Shown: piece after piece, positions 1 to 13,750 of the stretch
Numbering within the stretch: position 1 is the stretch's first letter
Layout of the letters: every line of letters starts with the position of its first letter
Source of the DNA: Lama glama
Lineage: Eukaryota
Direction: 5' to 3'
DNA length: 64,000 bases
Assembly (NCBI GenBank): GCA_028534125.1
Contig: CM052817.1
Span: forward strand, 71,116,001 to 71,180,000
The notes under the pieces: generated by a model
Told to the model about the DNA's origin: nothing
The model's database searches: none
Seen by the model: only the letters and a program-made list of their open reading frames with translations
Program-made: the position numbers and the translations under genes

Positions 1-254
1 TTTTTATTGGTATTGCTCATGCTGGTGAAAATGAAGCAGATGGCAAACTGGGGCATTTTAAATTCCACTGCTGGCTAAAACTATGAGAAAATAAAGCCCT
101 CTGATTATGCTACATTGATCAAGTGATTAAAATGAGAAGGACCATTTTGTAACAATTTCTCCTCATCTTGACTAGACCCGTGACGTGAAAATTTTAGAAT
201 AAAAGGACTGTCATTTAAAAGAGACTATTAATTTGCCTCATTCGTTCTGTTGGT

Positions 255-810
255 CTTATGATAGATCATTCATTTCAGGCTGCTGTGACAAAACAGCACT
301 GACTGGGTGGTCTAAATAAGAGACATTTATCACAGTCCTGGAGGCTGGAAGTCTGAGATCAAGGTGCCAGCAGATTTGATTCCTGGCAAGAACCCTGTTC
401 CTGTCTTCTCTCCTTGTCCTCACCTGGTGTAGAGAGAAATCTCCCATGTCTCTTCCTCTTCCTCTAAGGACACTGATCCCATCATGGGGCCCCACCCTCC
501 TGATCTCATCTAAACCTAATTGCCTCCCAAGACCCCACCTCCAGATACCATCACATTGGGAATTAAGGCTTCAACATATGAATGAGGTTGGGGGGGAACT
601 TGCTTCATCACAGTGTGCAGGCTGAGAGGCAGCAGGGCTAGTCCAGCAGGCAGAAGTCAGAGTCTTTCGAAACCTAATCATGGAAGTAACATCCCATCAC
701 TTTTGCTGTATTGCATTTGCTCGGAGCACGTCACTGGGTCCCACTAACACTCAAGAGGAAGGGATTAAGCGGGGGTGGGGTGTGGAGTGCCAGGAATGGG
801 ACCTCAGAGA
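255..810 (-). mobile_element. MaLR MLT1-type LTR fragments
   Basis: Typical MLT1 text: acatttatcacagtcctggaggctggaagtctgagatcaaggtg ... catcacattgggaattaaggcttcaacatatgaat. Confidence 0.7.
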
Positions 811-3800
811 GCCATCTGTTTTTCATTATTGAAATATTTATTGAGATAATTGCAGATTCACAGGCAATTGTAAGAAATAATAAAGAGAGATATGGTGTAC
901 ACTTTACCCATTTTCCCCTAAAGGTGTTATTTTGCACAAGTAGTATAATAGCACAGCCAGGATGTCAATATTAACAGTGATGTAATCTACCAGCCTTAGT
1001 CACATATCCCAGTTTTCCTTGTACTCATTTGTGTGTTCAGTTCTGTACAAGTTTGTTCAGTTTGGTTTCATGTGTAGGTTTGTGCATCCACCACCTTGTG
1101 TTGAAGGATGGTGTTTGAAAACCACATACAACTGCCCACCTGATGATTCATGTCCCTCCAACGTGCAGAAATACATTCACCTCCACCCAAGGCCCCAGAA
1201 GCCTCATTCCATTACAGCATGAGCTCGAAGTCCAGAACTGTGTCATCTGGATCAGGTCCAGGCCTTTGAGAGCAGCACTTTCAGCCCAGTGCCTCTCCTT
1301 GTGCAGACCTGTGAAACTAAAGAGACAGGTTATCTCTCTCCCACCCCCTGCATCAGCTGCTCTGATGACACTTCGTGGGTGTGAAGCAGCAGCTGGGCTA
1401 CACCTGCTCCACCTTCCCCTCCATCCTCCTTGGTGTCTCAGACTCCCGGGCCAGACATGTGTGTTTCTGTCTGTGAGGGAGGGCTCCAGCTTCTGCAGAG
1501 TACCCTTGTCACCAAGGTCAGGAGCAGCAGGAACTGACAAACTGACACAAATTTCAGTCTGTCATCATGGGCTCCAGGTTGTGCTGTGGTTTTTAAGCTT
1601 TTCTCTCCTCTGCTTTGCATCCATCTTCCTTTCCCACCTGCCTGCCCTGTGGACTTCAGCTTCAGAATCAGACAGCCTCATAGAAACCGCTTATCCAGTT
1701 TCCACAGTTGCTTGAGACCAGATCTCGGGAACAGATCTCTCTGGTCACACATACACTCACAGAGATTCGCTTCTTCAGTTGAATCCCAACTGATAAGGCA
1801 GTCTAGAAGGCTTATCATTAGGCAGCGATGGGCAAAGCCAAGAAACAGCCAGTTCACACCATTTAACTTTAGGATTTGATGGAACAAGTACTTCCCAAAC
1901 TATGGTGGGCTGTAAGCTGAGGATTGATTGAAAATCTGATTAAGAAGCTATTAGACCCCAGGCTGTCTTTCTACTCTGTACAGCTGGGCAAGCGCCCCCT
2001 CTCCTACGTGGAAGGAATCCATCCCAGAGTTGTATTTCCGTGGGCTGGCGACATGAGGCACAGTGGAGAACTGACCTACTCTGGAAAACAGGAGGATGGA
2101 TTGAAAGTTCACTGACTGAGGTTGAGACTCCAGCCATCTTTCTTTAACCATATTGCAGAAAGCTGGCCCCCAGGATTACCTACTCCAAGCAGATTAGAAG
2201 AGCCTCTTGTGTGGATTCTGGCCTTCTGGCCAACCCGAAAGAAAAGGCTTGAGGATGCTGGCAGTGTATAAAATCCTGGGTAATATAATTTTCATAGACA
2301 TGAATTTATTTGCTAGGTCTCCATGTGTTGAAGGTGTAATTTAAAGAAGATGGTTTTAGGATGCGTATACTCCTCAAGGAAGAAGAATCATCCTTTATCT
2401 GTGAAAACCTCTTTCTCCCAAGGGCACATCTGAGAAGGGTCACTACATGTAGTGCTGAAGGAGAGGACATTCTTGACTAGTGACACTTGTCATTCACATC
2501 AGTTCCCAAGATCAGTGAATGACGAGTGTCAGCATTTGTGCACCATCATGTCCACTTAGGACAAGAAAAGGAAGTACCTCCAACGTGGTGAGCAGTAACT
2601 TAGGAAACTGATGACCACAGAGAGGGCCTAAACCAAAGACTTAAGTTCAAAGAGAATGCGTGTAAAATGAACGTGTGTTGAGGCCATTGAGCTTCGGAGT
2701 TCTCACTCAACAAACATTGGTGAAATGAACTAATGAATGAATGTTGTGAGACCTGCTTTTCCCCATATTATTTATATTCTCCTGTTTCTAAATTACCTTT
2801 CTAGTTAACTTACTTCTTTTCCCACTGATCAGCTTTGCTTAAATTGTAACTACCTCCTGCTAGAGAATTTTACGTGTTACTTCTTACTGCTTTATCTTAG
2901 TAGTAGGACAGACTTTTAGGTCTTGATTATGTGTGCTGTCCTGACTCATATCCCTTTGGCTTGTATGGATCTAGAAAGTCTTGCCAGTAGTTTTCATCAT
3001 GCCTCACTTCTAGTAGACTCTACACAGAGGGGCTGTATTGTCCATCGCCTGAGCCATTTATTACTCAACAGAGAACCAGCTCTGAGGACATAGCCCAGCT
3101 TCGGATCTTGTCTTTCCTTCCACCCAGCCCAGCTCTGTTTTGCTTTCATCTGGACCTGACACACACCTTAAACACATGTGACTTAGTCTGTTTTGCTGAC
3201 TTTTGGATTTTCTTGAGAGCGTTGCAGACTTATGTCTTTCATTTAAAATACCAGTAAAGAAGAAAATGAAAACCTCTGATAATTTCCCCACAAAGGAATA
3301 ACCATACTAATATTTTGATATTTTCCTTCCAGCCTTTTCTCTGTTCACAATCATGTCTGCACATGTTTTTAAAAACACGTGCCAAGGTACAAATGTGTAC
3401 AGTGTACTTTATGTGGATTTGTTCTCTCCCCAAGAAAGAACGTGTTGTAAAGTTGCAAATGATACCTCACTTTTAGACACAGTTTGTGATTATGAAGTTC
3501 CATAATTGGAACATGGGCTTTAATTTTGTTCTTTTGCATTATAACTGCATGAATGCATATGCAGCTGACAAAAGTCTAAATATACAATTTCATATTGAAA
3601 AGTCTCCACTCTTTGCACCTCTCTTAATTTCCTTCTTTGTCCCACCCCTATTGTAATCTCTGCTCTGTAACATCAGTATTAGCTTCTTGAGGTACCCATC
3701 TTTGCCCAGTTTTATAAAATAATAGTGATATATGCAAATTATAGTCCACATTTGCCTCACCTTTTTGGCACCGATGCTTGCAAAACTGAGCTATGGTCTG

Positions 3801-3863
3801 GCACAGGGTCATCCTGAGTGTTTATTCCTTAGCTCGTTATTTTTACAGTGAGTGTTTTGGCAG

Positions 3864-4363
3864 NNNNNNNNNNNNNNNNNNNNNNNNNNNNNNNNNNNNN
3901 NNNNNNNNNNNNNNNNNNNNNNNNNNNNNNNNNNNNNNNNNNNNNNNNNNNNNNNNNNNNNNNNNNNNNNNNNNNNNNNNNNNNNNNNNNNNNNNNNNNN
4001 NNNNNNNNNNNNNNNNNNNNNNNNNNNNNNNNNNNNNNNNNNNNNNNNNNNNNNNNNNNNNNNNNNNNNNNNNNNNNNNNNNNNNNNNNNNNNNNNNNNN
4101 NNNNNNNNNNNNNNNNNNNNNNNNNNNNNNNNNNNNNNNNNNNNNNNNNNNNNNNNNNNNNNNNNNNNNNNNNNNNNNNNNNNNNNNNNNNNNNNNNNNN
4201 NNNNNNNNNNNNNNNNNNNNNNNNNNNNNNNNNNNNNNNNNNNNNNNNNNNNNNNNNNNNNNNNNNNNNNNNNNNNNNNNNNNNNNNNNNNNNNNNNNNN
4301 NNNNNNNNNNNNNNNNNNNNNNNNNNNNNNNNNNNNNNNNNNNNNNNNNNNNNNNNNNNNNNN
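3864..4363. other. Assembly gap (500 N)
   Basis: N run. Confidence 1.
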
Positions 4364-7300
4364 AAAAAAAAAAAGAAGAAACCACAGCATCAACATCTTC
4401 TAGCTATGAGCTGTAGTAAACCTCACCAGTTTGATTGAATTTTTTTCTTTGATTTTCCATAACTATTAATAGACCGAATTGGTTGGAAAGAAAGAATGGG
4501 TTAAAGAGGAAAGATTAAGAGACTAGAGAGTGTTTTAATTCTGAATTATACAACTGAAGGTTCAGAGTCTTGGTGGTTCAAGAGTTTATATACTCATTCT
4601 CCATCTTTATCTCAAATACATACATTTGAGAGAAGATAGTGGTTACCCTAGTTGTTTCTAACACACCATGCAGAAATGTTGCATGATCGATGGAATGAAG
4701 GCTGTGTAACATTTTGAAATGCTTTGAAGAAAAAGTGAGAATTTGAGCTGGCAGCACTGAATTATAAAACCCTGAGAGAAATGAACATAATGTTCTATAG
4801 TAGCTGCATACAGAAGAAATAAAGCAAATTTTTATCCCCCAAGATTTTACAGAAAAACCATAATAAAATAAGGGACAGAGTACATAAAACAGTGCATTAT
4901 TATTTTATACTTGTTCCTGCTTAATGCCAAGTCACAAATTATAATGTCACTACCAGAGTTATTACCGAGCAATAATTAAATCACAATGAAATGACTTCAG
5001 TGTACTTGCATCTCTGTAGTTGATCTATAGAAAACATGAACATAAAACAATGTGTGGATTTTATGGCATTATTAATAAATACTTATGTTTCTCAGTTATG
5101 AAAGGAGTCTGTGCTTATTGTAAACAACTTACAGGACTGGAAGACAGGAGTCCATTCTCCATATCCTCTCTCCCTTCCCACACCCAGTGGTAACATGTTT
5201 GTTTCTTTTCAACAACAACAAAAAATGTAGTAAGGAAGAAAAAGCTAATATTTCTGAGATTTGGGATGAAATATGTAAAATAACCAAATTATTTATTAGC
5301 AAAGAGTTTTGAATGGATGGAAGCTAAAAAGTTAAAACCTGCTAGGAAAGATCTTAAAGGAACTTTAGGACTTTGAAAAGCAATTGTATGACTTCAAGGA
5401 TGTTTTTTTTAATAGAAATGTCAGTATGATTTAAACTTGAGGATCATCTGAGGCATTTTTGAAGTTATTTGAGTTTGTTAAAATATGCTCTAATCATTTC
5501 AAGATTAAATCATGTCTCTGTGGATGGACTCAGAGCACCCTAAGCTCCATCCATCATAGACCCTACCATGCAGCAGTACAACTGTCTGTTTACTCATCCG
5601 TCTCACAGTGTAGGGGTTGTATCTTGTTTACCAGTATATTTCCACGGTCTGGTACATTACATAGCAAATATAATAAGTGCTCCATAAATGGTCTTGGGCG
5701 AAAGGGTAGGAGGATGCAGGATGAGATGAGGTACCTCGTCAGACTGAATGGAACACAGTTTCCATTGGGTTGGAGGAATCTTGCTTTACGTTATCTGCCC
5801 TAGTTATTTCCTTCATGATCTCTACAGAATGTACTGGTTCTCAGTGCTATAGCTCAGGAGGGATTGAGTTTTAATCTTGTTTGTTCTTTCAGTTACAAAT
5901 GAGTGTCCTAGATTAGGGTTCCTATTAGCCAGTGTCCTACCTTCTGAGGCAGCGCCCCACGTGAAATGCTGATGTCCGAGACTGCGCCAGTCCGGACTTG
6001 TCAGCGCTGTGTGCTCTCAGCACTGGATTCTCCCTCCGCCACCTCCTTCCTGGCTAATTCTACAGTTCTCAGCTATCCCAAATTCCTTCTAGAAATTTCT
6101 TACAGAAAATATGCAACATTTGAAGATTTTTCTAGCAAAGAAAATTTACAAGAAAAAATTCTTATCACAATTTTCTTTTCCTTAAAAAAGTTACTTTTTA
6201 AAAAATCAGAAATGTTTCATTTTTACTTTCTCAGTCCTCCCACCTCTCATGCCACCATTTTGTACAGTTACCTATACCCTTTCCACTACAATCTTTCCAC
6301 TATGGAAAAGAAGCTACTTTTAAGAGTACAAAGGCTTTAAAGAAGAGATTTAGTAAATTTAATATTCAAAATTTTATTATTCAGAATCATGGCTCTTGTA
6401 CATAAGTGGTATATAAATTGCTACACAGATAAGTAATTATAATTCTGAATGCTCAGATTTATGAAAAGTCCTTTGAAAGCCAGGAGTTTTTGAAAATAAA
6501 AATAATATTAGAGGCAATGTGGCCTGGTGACTTTGAAGTCAGAGCAGCCTGAATGTGAACTTGGGCCCTGCAAGCAAGCTATTTAACCCTTACAGTCCCA
6601 TTAGGGAAACAGGATGAAAAACACCTACCTCATGGGATTCACTTGAGAATTAAATCATGTGACACAAAGTACTGCTATACTGATTTTCAATAGATGGTAG
6701 CTCCTTTCTCAACAGTAACATTACAGTTAAAGCGATATAGGATATTTGTAATATCCCATATCTTTCCTATTTAATGAGATGAATTTTATTGAAAACAACA
6801 GAATCCAACTCTGACCATCTTAACCAGAAAGCTATTGGAAGGACATTTTAGTAGCTTCTACAAGGAATAGCTGGATGCCCATCTTCTGGGAGGACTGGAA
6901 CCAGGGCAAGTCCATGAACTTTGCAGCGGGGATTCCCCTGTCTCTCCAGGGCAGCCCTGTACGATGCTTCAGCACCCTCGGTCACTTCCTGTGTGTTCAG
7001 GTTTCCAGATTCCTAGGAGAAGGTGATTGGCCTGGCTCGGGTCTGTAGCCCTGGTCAGCTCAAAAGGCCAGAGAGTCTGGCCATTGGGAAGTCACTCTAG
7101 ACAAGCCAGCTGCCCAATTTTGTCTCTTCTGTGTAACACTTGAAGTTTTTTTGAATTATTTTTTAATTTTAATTCATATGAACGTAGCCTCTTGAGGTAG
7201 GGAGCAAAAGCATGTGTGTATTTTGGTCACTCATTTACTCATTTAACAGATTTTTTTTTGAGTACTTACTATGTGCCAGTCCCTGTGCCTGATTTCACAA

Positions 7301-9049
7301 ATGAGTAAGGTTTTATATTATTTATGACTAGCCTAGGACATGCAGTTAAAGGCAGTCTGATTTTTCTGCAGTTTTACTTCAGAGACAAAATCAGAGTAAC
7401 TCTGGAGTGTGATTGCCAGTAGGCGCCTGGCATAGTCTGTCCTTCACTCCCCCCATCATCCCAGTCTTCCTGTGAGAACCCTACATCTCTTTTTAGGAAA
7501 TGATAGTTTTATTTATTGACATCTGTGTTTTCTACATCTATGTGTAATGTTTTTGTAATTGTTTATGATGTTTCTCAAGGACAGAATTTCAAAGATGATA
7601 GTAATGTAGAAATCACCTTGTCCCATTCCACCTTTTTCAGATGAATAAACCGAGGCCGGAGTGGTTAGGTGGCTTGTCAGTCACGCATTTTGTCCCAGAA
7701 GCAGGATTGGTGCTCCAGCTGTTACTTATTTCAATCGGTCTGTTTCAGAAGTCTGGTCTTTCCTTCTTCACATAAGAAAATGTTCGGATAGTTTGGGGTA
7801 AAGATACATGGAGCAGAAATGAGAAACCTCTGAAACAGGAAGTTATAGCAGATACTAAATTTCTCTGGGAAAATGTTTATACCATACCTACCTATTAACA
7901 TTAAATGGTCTCCCTTTTTTTTTTTAACTAGTATGAACTTTCATCTTAATACCCGCTATTTTCTTTAAGAAATCATGACCATATAATATATAAGTGACAT
8001 TGTTGTTTTCCAAACAAATGCAGGGTTACCAGTTCAGCTGTGTAGACTGACTGATGCTCTCAGGGTGGTGCCTGGGTACGCTGCCTCGGGTGTTTCCATT
8101 TTGTAAATTCCAGTTTGGGTTTCAAAGAAACAGCTAAAGCTTAAAAAGGGCAGATGCTGTTGTCTCCAGCTTTTGGAAGTTAAAGCTAGGTTTTAAGATA
8201 AAGATAAATGGGAGCTGGCAGAAGTGTTAGAAGAATTTGCTGTTAATTGTGTTTTTAAGAAGAATTCTATTTTGAGGAAGCCTGGGTAACATCTTTGCAA
8301 GATTAAACTGAGGCACATTTGCTGTGTTTTGTTATATCATGATTACAACAGGTTCCTTTTTTTCTCCTCACACAGCAGTTTTTTAAGTTTGTGGATATTT
8401 ATTAAACATTTAAGGGTAAAGATGAGAAAAGGAAGAATCGTGGAGATTAACATGTGGAAAACAATACTAACATTACGTATTAGAGTAATGGATAATGATC
8501 CCACTATGCACTTTTGCTAGGAAGATTAGTTTTTTTTAAAAATTTCTAATATAATTAACATAGCTCAAGATGCACCACAGCTTTCAGTTCTAATCTTCTG
8601 ACCATTATCATTATTTCTAAATTTAGTTTTCTGAGATTTAAAAAAATTTTTCTCAAAAGATACTGAGTTTATCCCCAAGTAAATCTTAATTCTTCAGGTT
8701 TTTCTGTGACCAGTAGGAGATGACTAGTGCTTACTGGCACGTACCTGGGAGCATTTTGGAAGTAATGATGAAAGTTTAATGTTTTGTTGAAATATTGAGA
8801 GTAACCAACAAAGCGTAAAAGGTACTGGGGAAGAATTAAATTCATCTCAGTAATTATTTGAGGACAAGGCAATGTGCTGTGTGATTTCGGGGAATTAAAG
8901 GGTCCGGGCTTTGCCTCATCAAATGGAATCCATGAAGTACTTTAGGAAGTGAATAGCTTTTGATGGAGTTCAGGACACGTGACCCCCAAATATGACTCAT
9001 TGACAACAGGACGTTAAGAGTCAAGATCCCTCCCTGTTCACTTGAAGTT

Positions 9050-9800
9050 AGTGGGGAGAGGCCAGTGAAAGTGAACACATAACTGATTTAATTGCAGCTC
9101 GAGATAAGAACTAGGAAGAAGTTGAAACAGGGAGAGGTAAGGGGCAAGGAGCCAGCCCTGTAGCAGAGCAGCACAGGATGGGGTGATGGGGGGTCCAGCT
9201 GAGGAGGCAGCACGTGAGCCAGCCCTGGATGATCGGATCAGTGATGCAAAGACTGGACGGAAGGGGATTCCAGGCAGAGGACCAACAAGTGCAGAGTCCT
9301 CGAGCAAGAAGGAAATTGAAGAATTTCAGGAACAGAGAGGAGGCCACTACAGAGAGGACAGAGCAAAGGAAGGAGAAACAGAGGAAATCAGAGAGGTAGG
9401 CAGAGGCCAGACAGGGGAGGAATTCAAATTTTATCCTAAGTGCAGTGGTGGACTACTGAGCGTTCAGCGAGGGAGTAACAAGATGTGATTTATGCTCTTA
9501 GAAGATCATTTTGGCGATTGTATGGAGGATAGATTGAAGAGGGTGAGAATAGATGCCAGGAAACCAGGTCGGAGGTACTTCGAGGAGCCATGGAGAGGTG
9601 CTGGTGGCTTGGAGAGGGTGGCAACAGTGGAAGTAGGAGGAATTTGATTGATTTGGAGTTTGCTTTTGAAAGTAGAGTGGACAGCACTTGCTGAGGGGCT
9701 TATGTGTGAAAAGAAAGGAATGAAGAGGGGCCCCTTGGTTTTGAGTTGAGCAGCTGAGTAGATGGTGGGAGCATTTACTGAGATGAGGAAGAGTCAGGAG
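9050..9800. mobile_element. Old L2 LINE fragment
   Basis: Purine-rich L2-like text (attttatcctaagtgcagtgg ... tttgagttgagcagctgagtagatggtgg). Confidence 0.6.
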
Positions 9801-10778
9801 GGGCTGATGTGGGAGAAAACCCTTCTGATAAACTGGGGTTTTCTTGAGGAAGAGGAAAGTGAGGTTTGGAGAGGTGAAGGGCCTGGGCTTGGCCCTTCAG
9901 ATGGAACCCAGGACTTGGATTCAGTCTGACTCTGACCTTTGCACCCTTGTCTGACTTCATGGCTAAAATTTTAAGGATCAAGTCCAGGAGGAGGGCATTC
10001 AAGGCAGAGGAAATTATGAGTGACAAATTGGGCAGCCTTGGAGCAGCAGTTCGGGACTTGTTGCTGGAGAATTATTTCTGGGTCCTTGTTAGTAGGGAGG
10101 GTCTCAGAGAAACCTAGATCTAGTTTCCTTCTCAATCTCCCTAAGTTAAAATTTAGTCTGTCATCTTTAGAAGTTTTAAAGCTAGAGCATTTCTCCAGGC
10201 CAGACAGCTTACTCAAAATTTGATTTGAGGAACATGGCTGCTTTTTCTCTTTTTCTTTTTTTCTTTTATCATACTGAAAAAGAATCGTCTACAATTTTTC
10301 TTCTGAAGCCTTATTTTTAGCTGCAAATTTGCCCTCTTTTCCCTTGAATTGTATGAACTGCCTTCCCTGGACTCTCCCATTATGTGAGCAGACTTGTTAT
10401 TTCAAGAGTTACTGAGCTTCCCTGTTTCACAGAACTCAGAGCATTTAGAATTCCTTTTAATTCTTTATGTAAGAGTTTGTTCTCTTCATCTTTTCTGTCT
10501 GGATATTCAACCTCCAGGTAGAGATCAGTGGCAGCACAGATGAGACCAAGCGAGGGTAATTTGCCATAGAGGTAATTTTCCTTCTTTCAGAGGAAGCAAG
10601 TTGTGTAAATAATTTCTGCTCAGTGCCCATCTTGTCTTCTGTTTAGTGTAGTATTTAATACCACACTCCACACAGTTAGGCAGTTGACTTGTGGCTTTTG
10701 ATGATGAATAACATATTTCTAGTTTATGAGTATTACCCAGTCTCATGCTTTGGGAATTAGGAATTTTGTTTTTCAGCT

Positions 10779-11247
10779 TGTGAAGGAAAAGCCGGGCTGG
10801 TCTAACGAGATAACTCACAAGTCTAAGAATGTGAAAGAAAAGCTGGGCTGGGCTAACAAGATAACTCACAAATCTAAGTATCGAAATACTGATCTGAGTT
10901 CTGGACTAACTTGTAAATCTAAGTGAATTAGTGTTAGTTTGCTGTTCATGATTTTTTTTTTTTTGCTAGCCAACTGGATTTTCACAGAGATATATCTGGC
11001 TTTGAAATGTTGGTTTGTTGCCTCCCTGCCTCCACTTTTGTGATAATGATGCTGCTAAAGCTGTTCCATGCCTATTGGCCGAATACCCCAAGCTTGTACT
11101 TTACCCTATAAAACCTCATGCGCACGTCTTGGAGGTGCTCAGAGCTTCGGAGCAGAAGCCCCTCTGAGCCCGCCTGCGGAATACATCTGAGTACTCCAGC
11201 CCTCCGAGTGGTGCTTGTTTCTTGGCTGGCCTGTCGTTTCCATAACA
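10779..11247 (+). mobile_element. Solo ERV LTR (469 bp, ERV1-like) with 4-bp TSD AGCT
   Basis: TG...CA termini; AGCT at 10775-10778 and 11248-11251; TATAAAA at ~11107; 51-bp tandem duplication at the 5' end. Confidence 0.85.
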
Positions 11248-12219
11248 AGCTGTCACACTCCCTTTTCTGTTTTTTCCCCCCAACATTGGATAGCTGGATA
11301 GGAATGTGAAACGCCTTCAGCTCTCTAGAGGTCTTTTTAACTCTGAAAATGAGTTACATAATAGAATGAAGTTGAGTGCCTGTGGCTTGTTTAGTAAATA
11401 CAGTGATAAATATTGAGTCTCACAACACATGCTTACATGTTTTTCTATTTAAAAAATGCAGGACAAAGTGGATGAGGAAAAAGAGGAGGTACAGTGTCAC
11501 TTATCAGTTTATTATCCCTCTGCTCCAAATTTACCCTTCTTTGCTTTGTGATATTGGCACTGGACCCTGTAAACTTTTCCCTTTTGCCCGCCGATCCGGC
11601 GTTAGGCTGCCGTCAGAAGAGGGACTGGAGAGAGGACCGCGGGACGCGAGCGGCGGGAAGTACAGGTGGCCCTTCAGCTGTGCGGGTTTGCTTACACGCC
11701 GATGCTCTTCAGTAGTAAGCCGTCCTGCCCGGTCCGCGGACGCTGCGGAGAGCTGCCTGTCAGTTGTGTGTGGGTTTGCACTGTGCAGGGGGTCGGCGCC
11801 CCAACCCGCACTTGTTGTTCAAGAGTCAGCTACACTTCCCTTCCCGGGTCTGATTCTCGGTTCTTCAGGCCAAGAGCTCAGGGGTCCTCACAGACCAGTT
11901 TAAGCAACACCCTGGAGCCTTTCTCTCCCCACCTGACAGCTGTTTCTTAAGGCGCTCCAGCTGTATCCTGGGCCGCCGCCTTCCCTGCGAGAGAGCTGTC
12001 TTGACAAACAGCAGGCGCCTTGGAAGTTTCTGTGCCACCAGCAGCGGCATGTTTCTCACTACGGGGTAGCCACACCCTCTTCGAAGGGGTCTGAACCTCA
12101 GCCTTGGGGAGAGAAAACTCCCCCGAGCCCCCCACTCTGCCTCAGCCTAGATGTGTTATTAAAGCCCAGAGTGCAGAGCACATACCTGAAGCAGGGCCTC
12201 CCTCTGTCACTGGCGTTTG

Positions 12220-12385
12220 GAGCAGAGAGCAGCAGACTTTTTTGGTAAAGGATCAGATAGTAAATTGTTCAGACTTTGTGGGCCACATATGATATCTGTT
12301 GCATACTCACTCTTCATTTAAAAACAAACAAAAAACCCTTCAAATTAAAAAAAAAGTTCATGGGCCATAGTTTGCTTACCCCTAA
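12220..12385. mobile_element. MER58-like hAT MITE
   Basis: gtaaaggatcagatagtaaat ... tgggccatagtttgcttacccct resembles MER58 ends. Confidence 0.65.
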
Positions 12386-12479
12386 TTTTTTAGTATGAAT
12401 AAATTCTCACTTTTTAAACTAGAGAAGTTTAACCTGAACCAGACCTACAACAGTGGGAATTTTAGATTTAGCATGGACT

Positions 12480-12920
12480 TTTGCATAGCAAATCACCGCA
12501 AAACTAAGTGTCTAAAAACAGCAATAATGATTTGTTACTTTCACAGTTTGGTGTGGCAGGATCGGGGAGCAGCTTGGCTGGGTGGTTCTAGCTCAGTGTC
12601 TCCTGCTGGAGCTGCTGCTGGAGCTGCCGCCACGTGGCTGGCTGTTAGCTGGTGGCCTCAGCTCCTAGTCACGTTGACCTCTCCACTGGGTTTCTTGAAC
12701 ATTTTCATAATGTGCTGCCCAGAAACAGTGGTCCAAGAGACCAAGCAGCAGCCACAGTGCCTTTCATGACATAGCCTCGGAATTCACACGTCATCACTTC
12801 TACGGTATTACATTGGCTGCACAATTCAGCCCTAATTCAGTATAGGAGGGCATTACGGAAGGGTGTGAATACTGGGATGTGTGGATTATTGGGGACCATT
12901 TTGGAAGCCGGCTACCACAA
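12480..12920 (-). mobile_element. MaLR MLT1-type LTR
   Basis: Degenerate MLT1 ending ggggaccattttggaagccggctaccaca. Confidence 0.6.
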
Positions 12921-13199
12921 GACTTTTACATGTACTTGTTTGGAAGTGTATGCAGTGATGCTTACTAAGTTAGTAGTGTTGACAGGAACAGAATCTTAGA
13001 AACCCAGCTCTTTATTTAGAAATTCGATTAATGAAATAATGTATAATTAACACACAATTACATATAAACAGCAGCTTCTAAAGTGCTCAATTTAGGTAAA
13101 ATTATACACAGTATAATGCACAGCTCTCTACTATCCATTTAGTCAAGTTCCTCTTAACCACATTCCACTTCTTCCATCTGTAAAACATGGAGGCATGAG

Positions 13200-13750
13200 G
13201 AGTTCTTGAGGCTCTTCCCATCAGTTGAATTGTTGACTTACCAAGAATCAACTGTTCATTCCCAAGCATGTTTATATTGTATTTGTTATTGTAATTATGT
13301 ACTTTATAAATGGTGTATAAACCAAAGAAATACGACTGTAAGTGTACCTTTATGAAAATAAATTGAAATACTCTGGACAATTTGATAAATATGAGTTATT
13401 CAAATTTATTGTTGAATTAGATGTGGACAAGCCAAAAGCCCAGAGACAAAAATCATGAAAATCTAGAAAAATTCTGAACTGAGATTGCTTCTCAGGAATC
13501 CTAAAGATCTCTCTTTAAAGAAATGGAACCTAGAGATGTCAGATGGTGCCTTATGGATAATGGTTTTTGTAGAATATCAATCAGTGGGTTCCCTCTCAAA
13601 GGAAAGACTTTAACTGTACAACAAAATATTGGCAAATGAATGAAAATTTATTTGTTTTGGATTGAAATTAAAGTGTTTAAGATATGTTTGCATTACTCAG
13701 CTCATTTCCTCTTATTACCAGCTAACTACTGGTCATAATTGCATTTGATA
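13200..13750 (+). mobile_element. Ancient Tigger-type (TcMar) transposase remnant
   Basis: Decayed DDALW..WF..PISGP.LKEKA-like coding text at ~13520-13630. Confidence 0.45.

Noticed and set aside
1143..1715. 190-aa ORF and overlapping ORFs
   Set aside because: Lies in MaLR-internal-like repeat sequence; no recognisable domain.
3793..4438. Long ORFs spanning N runs (also 20292-21137 and 39452-39930)
   Set aside because: Artefacts of translating gaps.
11376..11903. 175-aa ORF
   Set aside because: A by-product of GC-rich, stop-poor sequence; no recognisable homology.
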